The position numbers and the translations under genes are program-made. The notes beneath the pieces are model-generated. The model saw only the letters and a list, made by a program, of their open reading frames with translations, had not been told where the DNA came from and searched no databases. From Minisyncoccota bacterium (GTDB lineage: Bacteria > Patescibacteriota > Minisyncoccia > Phycocordibacterales > JABAAK01), in contig OZ244939.1 of assembly GCA_965222235.1 (NCBI GenBank), positions 493,942-557,941 on the forward strand: 64,000 nucleotides of DNA, in the 5' to 3' direction. Position 1 is the first letter of the stretch. Every line of letters begins with the position of its first letter. Below are positions 28,716 to 37,293 of this stretch, in pieces.

Positions 28716-29735
28716 ATGAATCTCCCAGCGTTTTTGTATAAATACAGAGTACTCCTCCGGTCGCCGTATGCAACAGGCGTCGCCGCTTTTTCCGTGCTCT
28801 GCGTCGGTATCCTACTGTTCTCCGCACCGCTTGAAAAGGATGCCTTCTATCCCCAGGTATTTGTCGTCTCAAAAGGGGAGAGTATCCGTTCCGTCGCCGA
28901 ATCGCTCCGGGAAAGGCATCTCATCAGTTCTCCCTCGCTGTTCATTCTTGTAAACTACGCGGTCGGCGGGAAGATTCTATACGGTTCATACCATTTCTCG
29001 GAGCCGAAAGGGATGCTCTCCCGCGCCCGCGAGCTGTATTTCGGCGAGAACAACACGCTTCTGCATCGCGTAATCATACCCGAAGGCAGCAATCTGTATG
29101 ACATAGCGGATGTGTTTGAGGACAGGTTCCCCGCGTTTAATCGTGAGAAATTTGAAGCGGATGCGCTGGAAAAGCACGGCTATCTGTATCCTGACACCTA
29201 TTTCCTTGCCAATGACGATATACAACGGACCGATCAGATCATAGACATCATGACCGAGACATTTAACAGCCGTGCGGGGGATCTGCTCGCAACATATCGC
29301 GGTGATTTCTCGAGGAATGAGATCATCACGCTTGCCTCCATCGTTGAGCTTGAGGCGCACCGGCAGGATGACCGTCGGCGCATAGCGGGCGTACTGTTCA
29401 ACCGTCTGGAACAGGGGCTGCCGCTGCAGGTGGATGTCTCATTCCTCTTCATCAGCGGCAAGGACACCTTTGATCTCAGCCGGACCGATCTAAGCACGAG
29501 CGATCCGTCAAATACCTACAAGTATCGCGGCATACCGCCGATACCGATCACCAATCCGAGCAGGGAGGCGATAGAGGCGGTGCTGGATCCTATACCATCT
29601 GACGATCTCTTTTTCCTTGCTGACTTCTACGGTACAACCCACTTCAGCGAGACCTACGAGGAGCACCTCAGGAAGAAGTATAAATATATTGACAGGGTCA
29701 AAAACAGCATTACAAAAAAGAAGCAGGAGGAATAG
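28716..29735 (+). CDS. mltG: endolytic murein transglycosylase MltG (YceG family)
   Basis: N-terminal TM helix and a YceG-like domain including YKYRGIPPIPITNPSREAIEAVLDP (the GLPPGPI-type catalytic region). Confidence 0.75.
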   Translation: MNLPAFLYKYRVLLRSPYATGVAAFSVLCVGILLFSAPLEKDAFYPQVFVVSKGESIRSVAESLRERHLISSPSLFILVNYAVGGKILYGSYHFSEPKGMLSRARELYFGENNTLLHRVIIPEGSNLYDIADVFEDRFPAFNREKFEADALEKHGYLYPDTYFLANDDIQRTDQIIDIMTETFNSRAGDLLATYRGDFSRNEIITLASIVELEAHRQDDRRRIAGVLFNRLEQGLPLQVDVSFLFISGKDTFDLSRTDLSTSDPSNTYKYRGIPPIPITNPSREAIEAVLDPIPSDDLFFLADFYGTTHFSETYEEHLRKKYKYIDRVKNSITKKKQEE

Positions 29736-29776
29736 CTGACGAAATTTCACGCAGACTCACCGGAACTTTTAGTATG

Positions 29777-29782
29777 TATAAT
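29777..29782 (+). promoter_or_regulatory. possible extended -10 element (TGTATAAT) upstream of mnmA
   Basis: atgtataat lies 75 nt upstream of the mnmA ATG; no good -35 element. Confidence 0.25.
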
Positions 29783-29857
29783 CTGACAGGTAAGCAATAC
29801 CCCCAATTGAATCGCGGGAAGCTGGCATAGCGTCCGTTAAATACATATAGTGGGGAT

Positions 29858-30925
29858 ATGAGACATAGCGGCAAAACAATAGCGGTTGCCATGTCCGGCG
29901 GCGTGGATTCGTCCGTCGCCGTGTACCTGCTGCAGCGGCAGGGATACGGCGTGCACGGCATCTTCATATACATACAGTCTCCGCCGCATGTGCCGTGTAC
30001 GGCCGCACGGGACCGGCAGGACGCTATGCGCGCCTGTGCCGCGATCGGCATACCGTTCACGGAATACGATGCCACGGCGGCGTATGAGAAAACGGTCATC
30101 AGACCGTTTGTTGAGGCATACCGCAGGGGAGACACGCCGAATCCGGATGTGCTGTGCAACACCCGCATCAAATTCGGTGTCGTGTATGATTTCCTGCGTG
30201 ATAGGGGGTTTGAGACGGTGGCGACCGGCCACTATGCGCAGATACGGAAGGAAGAGGGGCAGAACAGACTGTACCGTTCAGTTGACGAAGAGAAAGACCA
30301 GACATATTTCATCTACACGCTCCCGCGGGAGATACTGGACACCGTCATGTTCCCGGTCGGCGGGTACACAAAAGCGCAGGTGCGCGACATTGCCAAAAGG
30401 GTGCGTCTGCCGGCGGCGGACAAAAAGGACAGCGCAGGACTCTGTTTTCTCGGATCCGTTTCAATGAAGGAGTTTCTGTCCGCATATATGGAACTGAAGG
30501 AGGGTGAGGTGCGCCTGGCAGAAAGCGGGGAAACGGTCGGATCGCACAGCGGCGTTGCGGCGTACACAATCGGTCAGCGGCACGGCTTCACCACCACCGA
30601 CACCTTTCCGTATATCGTCATCAGAAAAGATATGCGAACAAACACGCTGTATGTCGCGAAACAGTACGAGCATGTGCCGTCTGAAACATCATTTCGTATT
30701 ATCGATACCGTCTTCCGCCGCGAACCGGAAGGAGAATTGACCGCGCGGCACCGGCACCGGGGCGAACTGTATCCGGTTGAAGTGAAAAAGGAAGATTCTT
30801 CAGCGACAGTTTCATTCCCGCACCCCCTCCATATCGCTCCCGGTCAGTCGATTGTCATCTACACACAGGCGGGGGAATGTATCGGCGGCGGTGTTGTGAG
30901 CGGTGCGGATCGGCATGTTTCCTGA
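29858..30925 (+). CDS. mnmA: tRNA-specific 2-thiouridylase MnmA
   Basis: PP-loop AVAMSGGVDSSVA and the conserved Cys residues and C-terminal barrel of MnmA. Confidence 0.9.
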   Translation: MRHSGKTIAVAMSGGVDSSVAVYLLQRQGYGVHGIFIYIQSPPHVPCTAARDRQDAMRACAAIGIPFTEYDATAAYEKTVIRPFVEAYRRGDTPNPDVLCNTRIKFGVVYDFLRDRGFETVATGHYAQIRKEEGQNRLYRSVDEEKDQTYFIYTLPREILDTVMFPVGGYTKAQVRDIAKRVRLPAADKKDSAGLCFLGSVSMKEFLSAYMELKEGEVRLAESGETVGSHSGVAAYTIGQRHGFTTTDTFPYIVIRKDMRTNTLYVAKQYEHVPSETSFRIIDTVFRREPEGELTARHRHRGELYPVEVKKEDSSATVSFPHPLHIAPGQSIVIYTQAGECIGGGVVSGADRHVS

Positions 30926-30971
30926 TTCATATATACTCCTTCTGTTGCGGAAGTGATATATACTGTAATCA

Positions 30972-31793
30972 GTGACAAAGAATATAGTAAAGCGAAGCGG
31001 CGCTCTGGTTACTTTTGACCGGTCAATTCTGGAACGTTCCCTGCGCCGTGCCGGCGCACCGGGTTCTTTGGCGAAGCATATATCAACTGAGGTTGAAAAA
31101 GACATGAAAGACGGTGATACAACCGGTGAGGTGTACAGAAAGGCATTTGAGATGCTCTCCGGCAATGCCAGGCATGTTGCCATGCGGTATTCGCTGAAGA
31201 AGGCGCTGTTCTCCCTCGGTCCGACCGGATTTCCGTTTGAAAAGTTCGTTGCGGAACTGTTCAGAAGAAAGGGGTACGTCGTGGCGACGAATGTGCACCT
31301 CAAAGGCCACTGTGTCAGTCATGAGGTTGATGTGCTGGCAACCGAGCCGGAACGGATAGCGATGGAGGTGAAATTTCACAATGATATGCACACACGCTCC
31401 GATGTCAAAGCGGTTCTATATATCAAGGCGCGGTTTGACGATCTGACCGGCACCGGCTTTTTCAAAAAAGGGGTGGTTGACCGCTGTATTCTGGTAACGA
31501 ACACGAAGTTCACAAAAAACGCCATTGCCTACGCGAACTGCTCGGGCGTGTCGCTGCTCGGGTGGGGGTATCCGTTCCGCAGCAACCTGCAGACATATAT
31601 TGAGGAGGTGGACGCACACCCCGTCACCTGCCTGCCGTCCGTCACCGTCTCGCTCGCGAAGAATCTGTTCGCCGAGGGCATCATCACCTGCAGGGGGCTG
31701 CTGGAGAATCAGGCGGTGCTTGAGGCGCTGCCGAATGCCGATCAGATCATCACTGAGGCGGAACTGCTGTGCGTGCCGTCGGGAAGACGCTGA
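30972..31793 (+). CDS. ATP-cone domain fused to a restriction-endonuclease-like (Mrr_cat-like) domain
   Basis: N-terminal ATP-cone (IVKRSGALVTFDRSILERSLRRAG) followed by a region with E/D...K catalytic-like residues (HEVDVLATE...EVKFHN). Confidence 0.45.
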   Translation: MTKNIVKRSGALVTFDRSILERSLRRAGAPGSLAKHISTEVEKDMKDGDTTGEVYRKAFEMLSGNARHVAMRYSLKKALFSLGPTGFPFEKFVAELFRRKGYVVATNVHLKGHCVSHEVDVLATEPERIAMEVKFHNDMHTRSDVKAVLYIKARFDDLTGTGFFKKGVVDRCILVTNTKFTKNAIAYANCSGVSLLGWGYPFRSNLQTYIEEVDAHPVTCLPSVTVSLAKNLFAEGIITCRGLLENQAVLEALPNADQIITEAELLCVPSGRR

Positions 31794-31821
31794 GAAGCGG
31801 AATAGCGTATACTGTTCATAT

Positions 31822-32586
31822 ATGAATGTTCACGCGACCCGCAGGCGGAATATATTTAATCCGGCAGGCGATGCGCCGTTTGAGCTCTCCCGCAGCAAGA
31901 TACAGCTGTTTTTGAACTGTCCCCGCTGTTTCTATCTTGACCGCCGCTTAGGCGTCGCACCGCCGAGAGGGTTTCCGTTCAATATCAATGAGGCGGTGGA
32001 TATATTGCTCAAGAAGGAATTTGATACCTTTCGAGAAAAACAGGAAGCGCATCCGCTGCTGCGTGAACATGACCTGTCATTAGTGCCGTTCCGGCACGAT
32101 GATCTGAACACCTGGCGCGATCCGTTCAAAGGCATTCGGTATCATCACACCGAATCCAACTTCATTGTCTTCGGCGGCGTGGATGATGTGTGGACAGATG
32201 CGGACGGCACGCTCTCTATTGTTGACTACAAGGCGACCAGCAAGGACGGGGAAGTGGACATCTCCGCTAAATGGCAGCGGTCGTACAAAAATCAGATTGA
32301 GATATATCAGTGGCTGTTCAGAAACAATACGTTCACTGTTTCGGACACGGGGTATTTCGTCTATGTAAACGGCGATCGTGATCGCGAGGCGTTCAACGGT
32401 ACGTTGTTCTTCAAAACCAAGCTCATCCCCTACACCGGCAGCGATACATGGATACCGGATGTGCTGATGCGCGCAAAAGAAACATTGACGGACGATGCGA
32501 TTCCTCCGGCAGGAACATACTGCGATTTTTGCCCGTACCGCGATGCGGCGGGGAAGTCATTCCGTGTGCATATGACCGGAGCCTGA
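31822..32586 (+). CDS. PD-(D/E)XK-family nuclease (Cas4/RecB-like fold) with N- and C-terminal Cys clusters
   Basis: GVDDVWTDADGTLSIVDYKATSK gives a D...D-x-K catalytic signature. CPRC near the N-terminus and CDFCPYRD at the C-terminus suggest an Fe-S or Zn site. Start taken at the in-frame ATG at 31822 within ORF 31525..32586. Confidence 0.55.
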   Translation: MNVHATRRRNIFNPAGDAPFELSRSKIQLFLNCPRCFYLDRRLGVAPPRGFPFNINEAVDILLKKEFDTFREKQEAHPLLREHDLSLVPFRHDDLNTWRDPFKGIRYHHTESNFIVFGGVDDVWTDADGTLSIVDYKATSKDGEVDISAKWQRSYKNQIEIYQWLFRNNTFTVSDTGYFVYVNGDRDREAFNGTLFFKTKLIPYTGSDTWIPDVLMRAKETLTDDAIPPAGTYCDFCPYRDAAGKSFRVHMTGA

Positions 32587-32601
32587 GGTTTCAGATTTGT
32601 A

Positions 32602-35600
32602 TTACCGCGCACAATTTCCCGGGTCAGTAACACTACTACAAGTACCACCAGATATTGACCATCTTCCGTTAGAACAACGAACTGTTGCAGATCCACCGGT
32701 TTCAGTACCACAAGAACTATAGTTAATTGTATCAGTTACAGATCTAATTGATCCATTACTACCCCTTTGAACGGATCCAGAGCACCATCTTGTAGAACAG
32801 TATTTGTCTTTGCCGCTCCCGGAACATGAGGTTACTCTCCAAGATACATTTTTCCTTTCACAATCACCCGGATATCTGCAAAACTTACTGCAAGTAGAAG
32901 TGGCATCCTTACAACCAACTCCTCCCCAGAAACCAAATCTATCTGTTCTCCATCTTACAGTGCAACTGCCACCCAAAGCTGGTTCACAACATCGTCTTTG
33001 GCCTGCATGCCCACCGCATTCATTTGTTTTACAACACGAACCAGTGGTTACAACACTTCCTCCGGGACCACAAGGATTTTTCACCACACTACACAAACTA
33101 GTGAGCCGTCTCCCCGCTGAAGCCGGACCTTGACACCTCCATTTCTCATGGGTGGAGGTGTCATGTTGGGTTGTCTGTACCGCACTCCAACCACTCTTGC
33201 ATCTGTCTCGGGTTGTACCACACCGACCAATTATACTACATGCCCCCGTCGTCTTGGTACCCGTTTTGGATCTGGATTGGCTTGTGGATTTTGAGGACGA
33301 ACAGCCCGTGCAGGAGCGTGTCCGTGTCTGGGTAAAGCTGACACCTTTACACTCTGTTGATGTCGCCGGTGTCCAGGATGTCCAGGAGCCGCAGGAGCAG
33401 GTGGAGCTGCAGCTCGTATCACTCACACTCCAGCTCCCGGTATCACACGAAAAAGTCGCCGAACCGGTATAGTAGCTTTTATCATTGGTCGCACTGAATG
33501 AGGAGCCGTGAGATTTCAGGGATACATAATCACTGCAGTTGGTGGACCAGGTCTGTCTTCCTCCGGTACATCTGCAGCCGACCGCGGAGGCAGACTTGGT
33601 GCCGGTTGTGGATCTGGATTTTGGTGTACTTGACGGACAGCCCGTGCAGGTGCGTGTCTGGGTAAGGGAGTTCCCGGAGCACGCTGTTGATCTCGCCGGT
33701 GTCCAGGAGCCGCAGGAGCAGGTGGAGCTGCAGCTCGTATCACTCACACTCCAGCTCCTGGTATCACACGAAAAAGTCGCCGAACCGGTATAGTAGCTTT
33801 TATCATTGGTCGCACTGAATGAGGAGCCGTGAGATTTCAGGGATACATAATCACTGCAGTTGGTGGACCAGGTCTGTCTTCCTCCGGTACATCTGCAGCC
33901 GACCGCGGAGGCAGACTTGGTGCCGGTTGTGGATCTGGATTTTGGTGTACTTGACGGACAGCCCGTGCAGGTGCGTGTCTGGGTAAGGGAGTTCCCGGAG
34001 CACGCTGTTGATCTCGCCGGTGTCCAGGAGCCGCAGGAGCAGGTGGAGCTGCAGCTCGTATCACTCACACTCCAGCTCCCGGTATCACACGAAAAAGTCG
34101 CCGAACCGGTATAGTAGCTTTTATCATTGGTCGCACTGAATGAGGAGCCGTGAGATTTCAGGGATACATAATCACTGCAGTTGGTGGACCAGGTCTGTCT
34201 TCCTCCGGTACATCTGCAGCCGACCGCGGAGGCAGACTTGGTGCCGGTTGTGGATCTGGATTTTGGTGTACTTGACGGACAGCCCGTGCAGGTGCGTGTC
34301 TGGGTAAGGGAGTTCCCGGAGCACGCTGTTGATCTCGCCGGTGTCCAGGAGCCGCAGGAGCAGGTGGGCGGCGCGACATATCTCTCACAGTTCTCGTCGG
34401 TATATGTCAGCACCGTGCTGCTGCAGCTGTAGGAGACGGATCCCCGGGAGCCGCCACTGGTGTCTTCAAAGGTGCCCGAGCTGCCGTGTGCGACTTTGGT
34501 ATAGTTCGGGGGGTAGCAGGTACGGCTTCCCTCTGTCCATGAGGTGGGGGTGCATGTGCAGGTTTTGGTGCCGGAGATTGTTCTGGTTTCTGTTCTGTTT
34601 GAAGCGGTGGTTGTGGTACCGTTTTCTCTGCTGCACTCAGTGCCGCCGTTCCGTGGTGATGGGTTATTACACCTGCGGGTCTGGGTGACCGTGTCCGTTG
34701 AGCAGGTCAGCGAGGTTGAGGGGGTCCAGGAGGACCAGCCGCCGTGTGTCACAACCGGCGCGACATATCTCTCACAGTTCTCGTCGGTATATGTCAGCAC
34801 CGTGCTGCTGCAGCTGTAGGAGACGGATCCCCGGGAGCCGCCACTGGTGTCTTCAAAGGTGCCCGAGCTGCCGTGTGCGACTTTGGTATAGTTCGGGGGG
34901 TAGCAGGTACGGCTTCCCTCTGTCCATGAGGTGGGGGTGCATGTGCAGGTTTTGGTGCCGGAGACCTCCTCCTGTTCTATACCACAGGCACTGCCGGAGG
35001 GACAGGTGCGGGTCTGGGTGACCGTGTCCGTTGAGCAGGTCAGCGAGGTTGAGGGGGTCCAGGAGCTGCAGGAGCTCTCAATACATCGGTTCCGTGAGGC
35101 GGAGCAGGTTGGTGAATGTCCGTCGCAGGTTCCTTCACATACCCAGTTATAGGTATAGGTACCGTCAGGAGCAGCAGCGTCATTAGCGTTGCCGGCGGCG
35201 CATTGATTCCTGCCGGAGCCACATTGACCGGCAACGGGTGTACAGTGCGTATGCGATTTTTCACACAAACTGGAAGATATTCCGCTCGGGTGATATTCGA
35301 AGAAGGAGCACAGTTCTTCGGCGGTGGTATTGCCGACAAAGACATCACTGTTGGTATTGTTAGTGATATTTCTGCATCGCCACACACCGTTATGCGTTGC
35401 TGATACCTCCTCGGCACTATTGGCTTCAACCCGCACCCCTCTGCCGGAAGAAACGAGACCAGGGTTTGCTATGGTGGTACAGCTTTCATTGCCATGATAC
35501 TGAGTATCAGCCGTTACCACATTGGCGGAGGACGTGGCAATCAGAATACATACAAGAGAGAAAAGTCCCAGACATAATGCCAATTTGGGATGTGCTACAT

Positions 35601-35613
35601 GCATATGTACCAT
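32602..35613 (-). CDS. secreted cysteine-rich tandem-repeat protein, the only full-length family member with ATG start and signal peptide (copy A)
   Basis: True ATG at 35613 and signal peptide MHVAHPKLALCLGLFSLVCILIATSSA, then a ~100-aa unique N-terminal region. Two ~115-aa repeats follow, then three perfect 107-aa repeats (CSCGSWTPARSTACSGNSLTQTRTCTGC...DTSCSST) plus a variant terminal unit and a unique Cys-rich C-terminal tail. Ser/Thr/Cys content is very high. Confidence 0.8.
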   Translation of the reverse strand: MVHMHVAHPKLALCLGLFSLVCILIATSSANVVTADTQYHGNESCTTIANPGLVSSGRGVRVEANSAEEVSATHNGVWRCRNITNNTNSDVFVGNTTAEELCSFFEYHPSGISSSLCEKSHTHCTPVAGQCGSGRNQCAAGNANDAAAPDGTYTYNWVCEGTCDGHSPTCSASRNRCIESSCSSWTPSTSLTCSTDTVTQTRTCPSGSACGIEQEEVSGTKTCTCTPTSWTEGSRTCYPPNYTKVAHGSSGTFEDTSGGSRGSVSYSCSSTVLTYTDENCERYVAPVVTHGGWSSWTPSTSLTCSTDTVTQTRRCNNPSPRNGGTECSRENGTTTTASNRTETRTISGTKTCTCTPTSWTEGSRTCYPPNYTKVAHGSSGTFEDTSGGSRGSVSYSCSSTVLTYTDENCERYVAPPTCSCGSWTPARSTACSGNSLTQTRTCTGCPSSTPKSRSTTGTKSASAVGCRCTGGRQTWSTNCSDYVSLKSHGSSFSATNDKSYYTGSATFSCDTGSWSVSDTSCSSTCSCGSWTPARSTACSGNSLTQTRTCTGCPSSTPKSRSTTGTKSASAVGCRCTGGRQTWSTNCSDYVSLKSHGSSFSATNDKSYYTGSATFSCDTRSWSVSDTSCSSTCSCGSWTPARSTACSGNSLTQTRTCTGCPSSTPKSRSTTGTKSASAVGCRCTGGRQTWSTNCSDYVSLKSHGSSFSATNDKSYYTGSATFSCDTGSWSVSDTSCSSTCSCGSWTSWTPATSTECKGVSFTQTRTRSCTGCSSSKSTSQSRSKTGTKTTGACSIIGRCGTTRDRCKSGWSAVQTTQHDTSTHEKWRCQGPASAGRRLTSLCSVVKNPCGPGGSVVTTGSCCKTNECGGHAGQRRCCEPALGGSCTVRWRTDRFGFWGGVGCKDATSTCSKFCRYPGDCERKNVSWRVTSCSGSGKDKYCSTRWCSGSVQRGSNGSIRSVTDTINYSSCGTETGGSATVRCSNGRWSISGGTCSSVTDPGNCAR
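33390..34420 (-). repeat. near-perfect 321-bp tandem repeat array (3 units plus flanking variant units) inside copy A
   Basis: The six-frame track shows identical ORF translations recurring with a 321-bp period on both strands (33516/33837/34158 and 33539/33860/34181). Confidence 0.85.
34797..35308 (-). repeat. inverted-repeat arm L (~512 bp, within 5' coding region of copy A)
   Basis: Near-identical in reverse complement to 35672-36183. Both strands yield identical ORF translations in the track (34931..35152 vs 35824..36045, and 35116..35403 vs 35669..35860). Confidence 0.85.
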
Positions 35614-35671
35614 ATTACTTTATTTTATACAGAAACATACACACTGATGTGTAAAAATAGAAATTTACCTA
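35309..35671 (-). promoter_or_regulatory. unique 363-bp segment between the inverted arms carrying copy A start codon, signal-peptide/N-terminal coding and upstream AT-rich putative promoter (candidate invertible segment)
   Basis: Contains A's ATG (35613) with upstream minus-strand sequence ...tgtataaaataaagtaatATG (TATAAA/TAAAGT -10-like elements). It is flanked on both sides by the ~512-bp inverted arms. Confidence 0.5.
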
Positions 35672-36183
35672 TTCTTCGAATATCACCCGAGCGGAATATC
35701 TTCCAGTTTGTGTGAAAAATCGCATACGCACTGTACACCCGTTGCCGGTCAATGTGGCTCCGGCAGGAATCAATGCGCCGCCGGCAACGCTAATGACGCT
35801 GCTGCTCCTGACGGTACCTATACCTATAACTGGGTATGTGAAGGAACCTGCGACGGACATTCACCAACCTGCTCCGCCTCACGGAACCGATGTATTGAGA
35901 GCTCCTGCAGCTCCTGGACCCCCTCAACCTCGCTGACCTGCTCAACGGACACGGTCACCCAGACCCGCACCTGTCCCTCCGGCAGTGCCTGTGGTATAGA
36001 ACAGGAGGAGGTCTCCGGCACCAAAACCTGCACATGCACCCCCACCTCATGGACAGAGGGAAGCCGTACCTGCTACCCCCCGAACTATACCAAAGTCGCA
36101 CACGGCAGCTCGGGCACCTTTGAAGACACCAGTGGCGGCTCCCGGGGATCCGTCTCCTACAGCTGCAGCAGCACGGTGCTTGA
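35672..36183 (+). repeat. inverted-repeat arm R (~512 bp, forms the 5' end of copy B)
   Basis: Reverse complement of 34797-35308. Homology begins at ttcttcgaatatcacccgag (FFEYHPSGISSSLCEKSHTHC in both genes) and ends after ...SYSCSSTVL, where A and B diverge. Confidence 0.85.
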
Positions 36184-37198
36184 ATACAGCAATGTTGACT
36201 GCCACACCGCTACCAAAGCCTGCCTCCCGACAAGACGGACCTGGCTCAATACCTGCAGTGGTATTAGTCCGGCACGGGCTCACAACAGCAGTGTTGAAGT
36301 GACCAATGATCAGTCAGGTTACACCGGCGAAGCTTTCTTTTCGTGTGATAACGGGAGCTGGAGTGTGAGTGATACGAGCTGCAGCTCCACCTGCTCCTGC
36401 GGCTCCTGGACACCGGCGAGATCAACAGCGTGCTCCGGGAACTCCCTTACCCAGACACGCACCTGCACGGGCTGTCCGTCAAGTACACCAAAATCCAGAT
36501 CCACAACCGGCACCAAGTCTGCCTCCGCGGTCGGCTGCAGATGTACCGGAGGAAGACAGACCTGGTCCACCAACTGCAGTGATTATGTATCCCTGAAATC
36601 TCACGGCTCCTCATTCAGTGCGACCAATGATAAAAGCTACTATACCGGTTCGGCGACTTTTTCGTGTGATACCGGGAGCTGGAGTGTGAGTGATACGAGC
36701 TGCAGCTCCACCTGCTCCTGCGGCTCCTGGACATCCTGGACACCGGCGACATCAACAGAGTGTAAAGGTGTCAGCTTTACCCAGACACGGACACGCTCCT
36801 GCACGGGCTGTTCGTCCTCAAAATCCACAAGCCAATCCAGATCCAAAACGGGTACCAAGACGACGGGGGCATGTAGTATAATTGGTCGGTGTGGTACAAC
36901 CCGAGACAGATGCAAGAGTGGTTGGAGTGCGGTACAGACAACCCAACATGACACCTCCACCCATGAGAAATGGAGGTGTCAAGGTCCGGCTTCAGCGGGG
37001 AGGCGGCTCACTAGTTTGTGTAGTGTGATAACTGGAGTCAGGCCCAGGTGTGGTTCTTGGAAGAGACCACATAATCCGTGTCCCCGTGGTGAAGAGCAAA
37101 ATAGCCGGAAAGCAGATACCTGTAAATATAGATGGGAATGTAGAGGGACCGGAATTTATCAAACGCAAGTCGTGTCATGCAGCCGAAAAGAAGGATAA
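35708..37198 (+). CDS. 5'-truncated paralog (copy B) of the Cys-rich repeat protein with its own distinct C-terminal tail
   Basis: The track 'M' at 35708 is TTG. The frame is open upstream only to a TGA at 35645, with no ATG or signal peptide. The body matches A residues ~100-260, then one 107-aa repeat, a variant unit and a unique tail (...CSVITGVRPRCGSWKRPHNPCPRGEE...). Confidence 0.6.
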   Translation: MCEKSHTHCTPVAGQCGSGRNQCAAGNANDAAAPDGTYTYNWVCEGTCDGHSPTCSASRNRCIESSCSSWTPSTSLTCSTDTVTQTRTCPSGSACGIEQEEVSGTKTCTCTPTSWTEGSRTCYPPNYTKVAHGSSGTFEDTSGGSRGSVSYSCSSTVLEYSNVDCHTATKACLPTRRTWLNTCSGISPARAHNSSVEVTNDQSGYTGEAFFSCDNGSWSVSDTSCSSTCSCGSWTPARSTACSGNSLTQTRTCTGCPSSTPKSRSTTGTKSASAVGCRCTGGRQTWSTNCSDYVSLKSHGSSFSATNDKSYYTGSATFSCDTGSWSVSDTSCSSTCSCGSWTSWTPATSTECKGVSFTQTRTRSCTGCSSSKSTSQSRSKTGTKTTGACSIIGRCGTTRDRCKSGWSAVQTTQHDTSTHEKWRCQGPASAGRRLTSLCSVITGVRPRCGSWKRPHNPCPRGEEQNSRKADTCKYRWECRGTGIYQTQVVSCSRKEG

Positions 37199-37293
37199 AT
37201 ATAGTAAGTATGCGTACGGAAAAACAAAATTATGCGGAATCATTGCCATGAAAACAAGTCCCGCATGTATTAAAAAATAACTACACATTAAAT

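Noticed and set aside
33152-34688. Many 75-120 aa ORFs on both strands inside the repeat arrays (for example 33152..33472 +, 33516..33743 -, 34329..34688 +, 42102..43706 both strands, 36319..36960)
   Set aside because: They recur with the 321-bp period and lie inside or antisense to the long Cys-rich repeat ORFs; they are artefacts of repetitive, GC-rich, stop-poor sequence.
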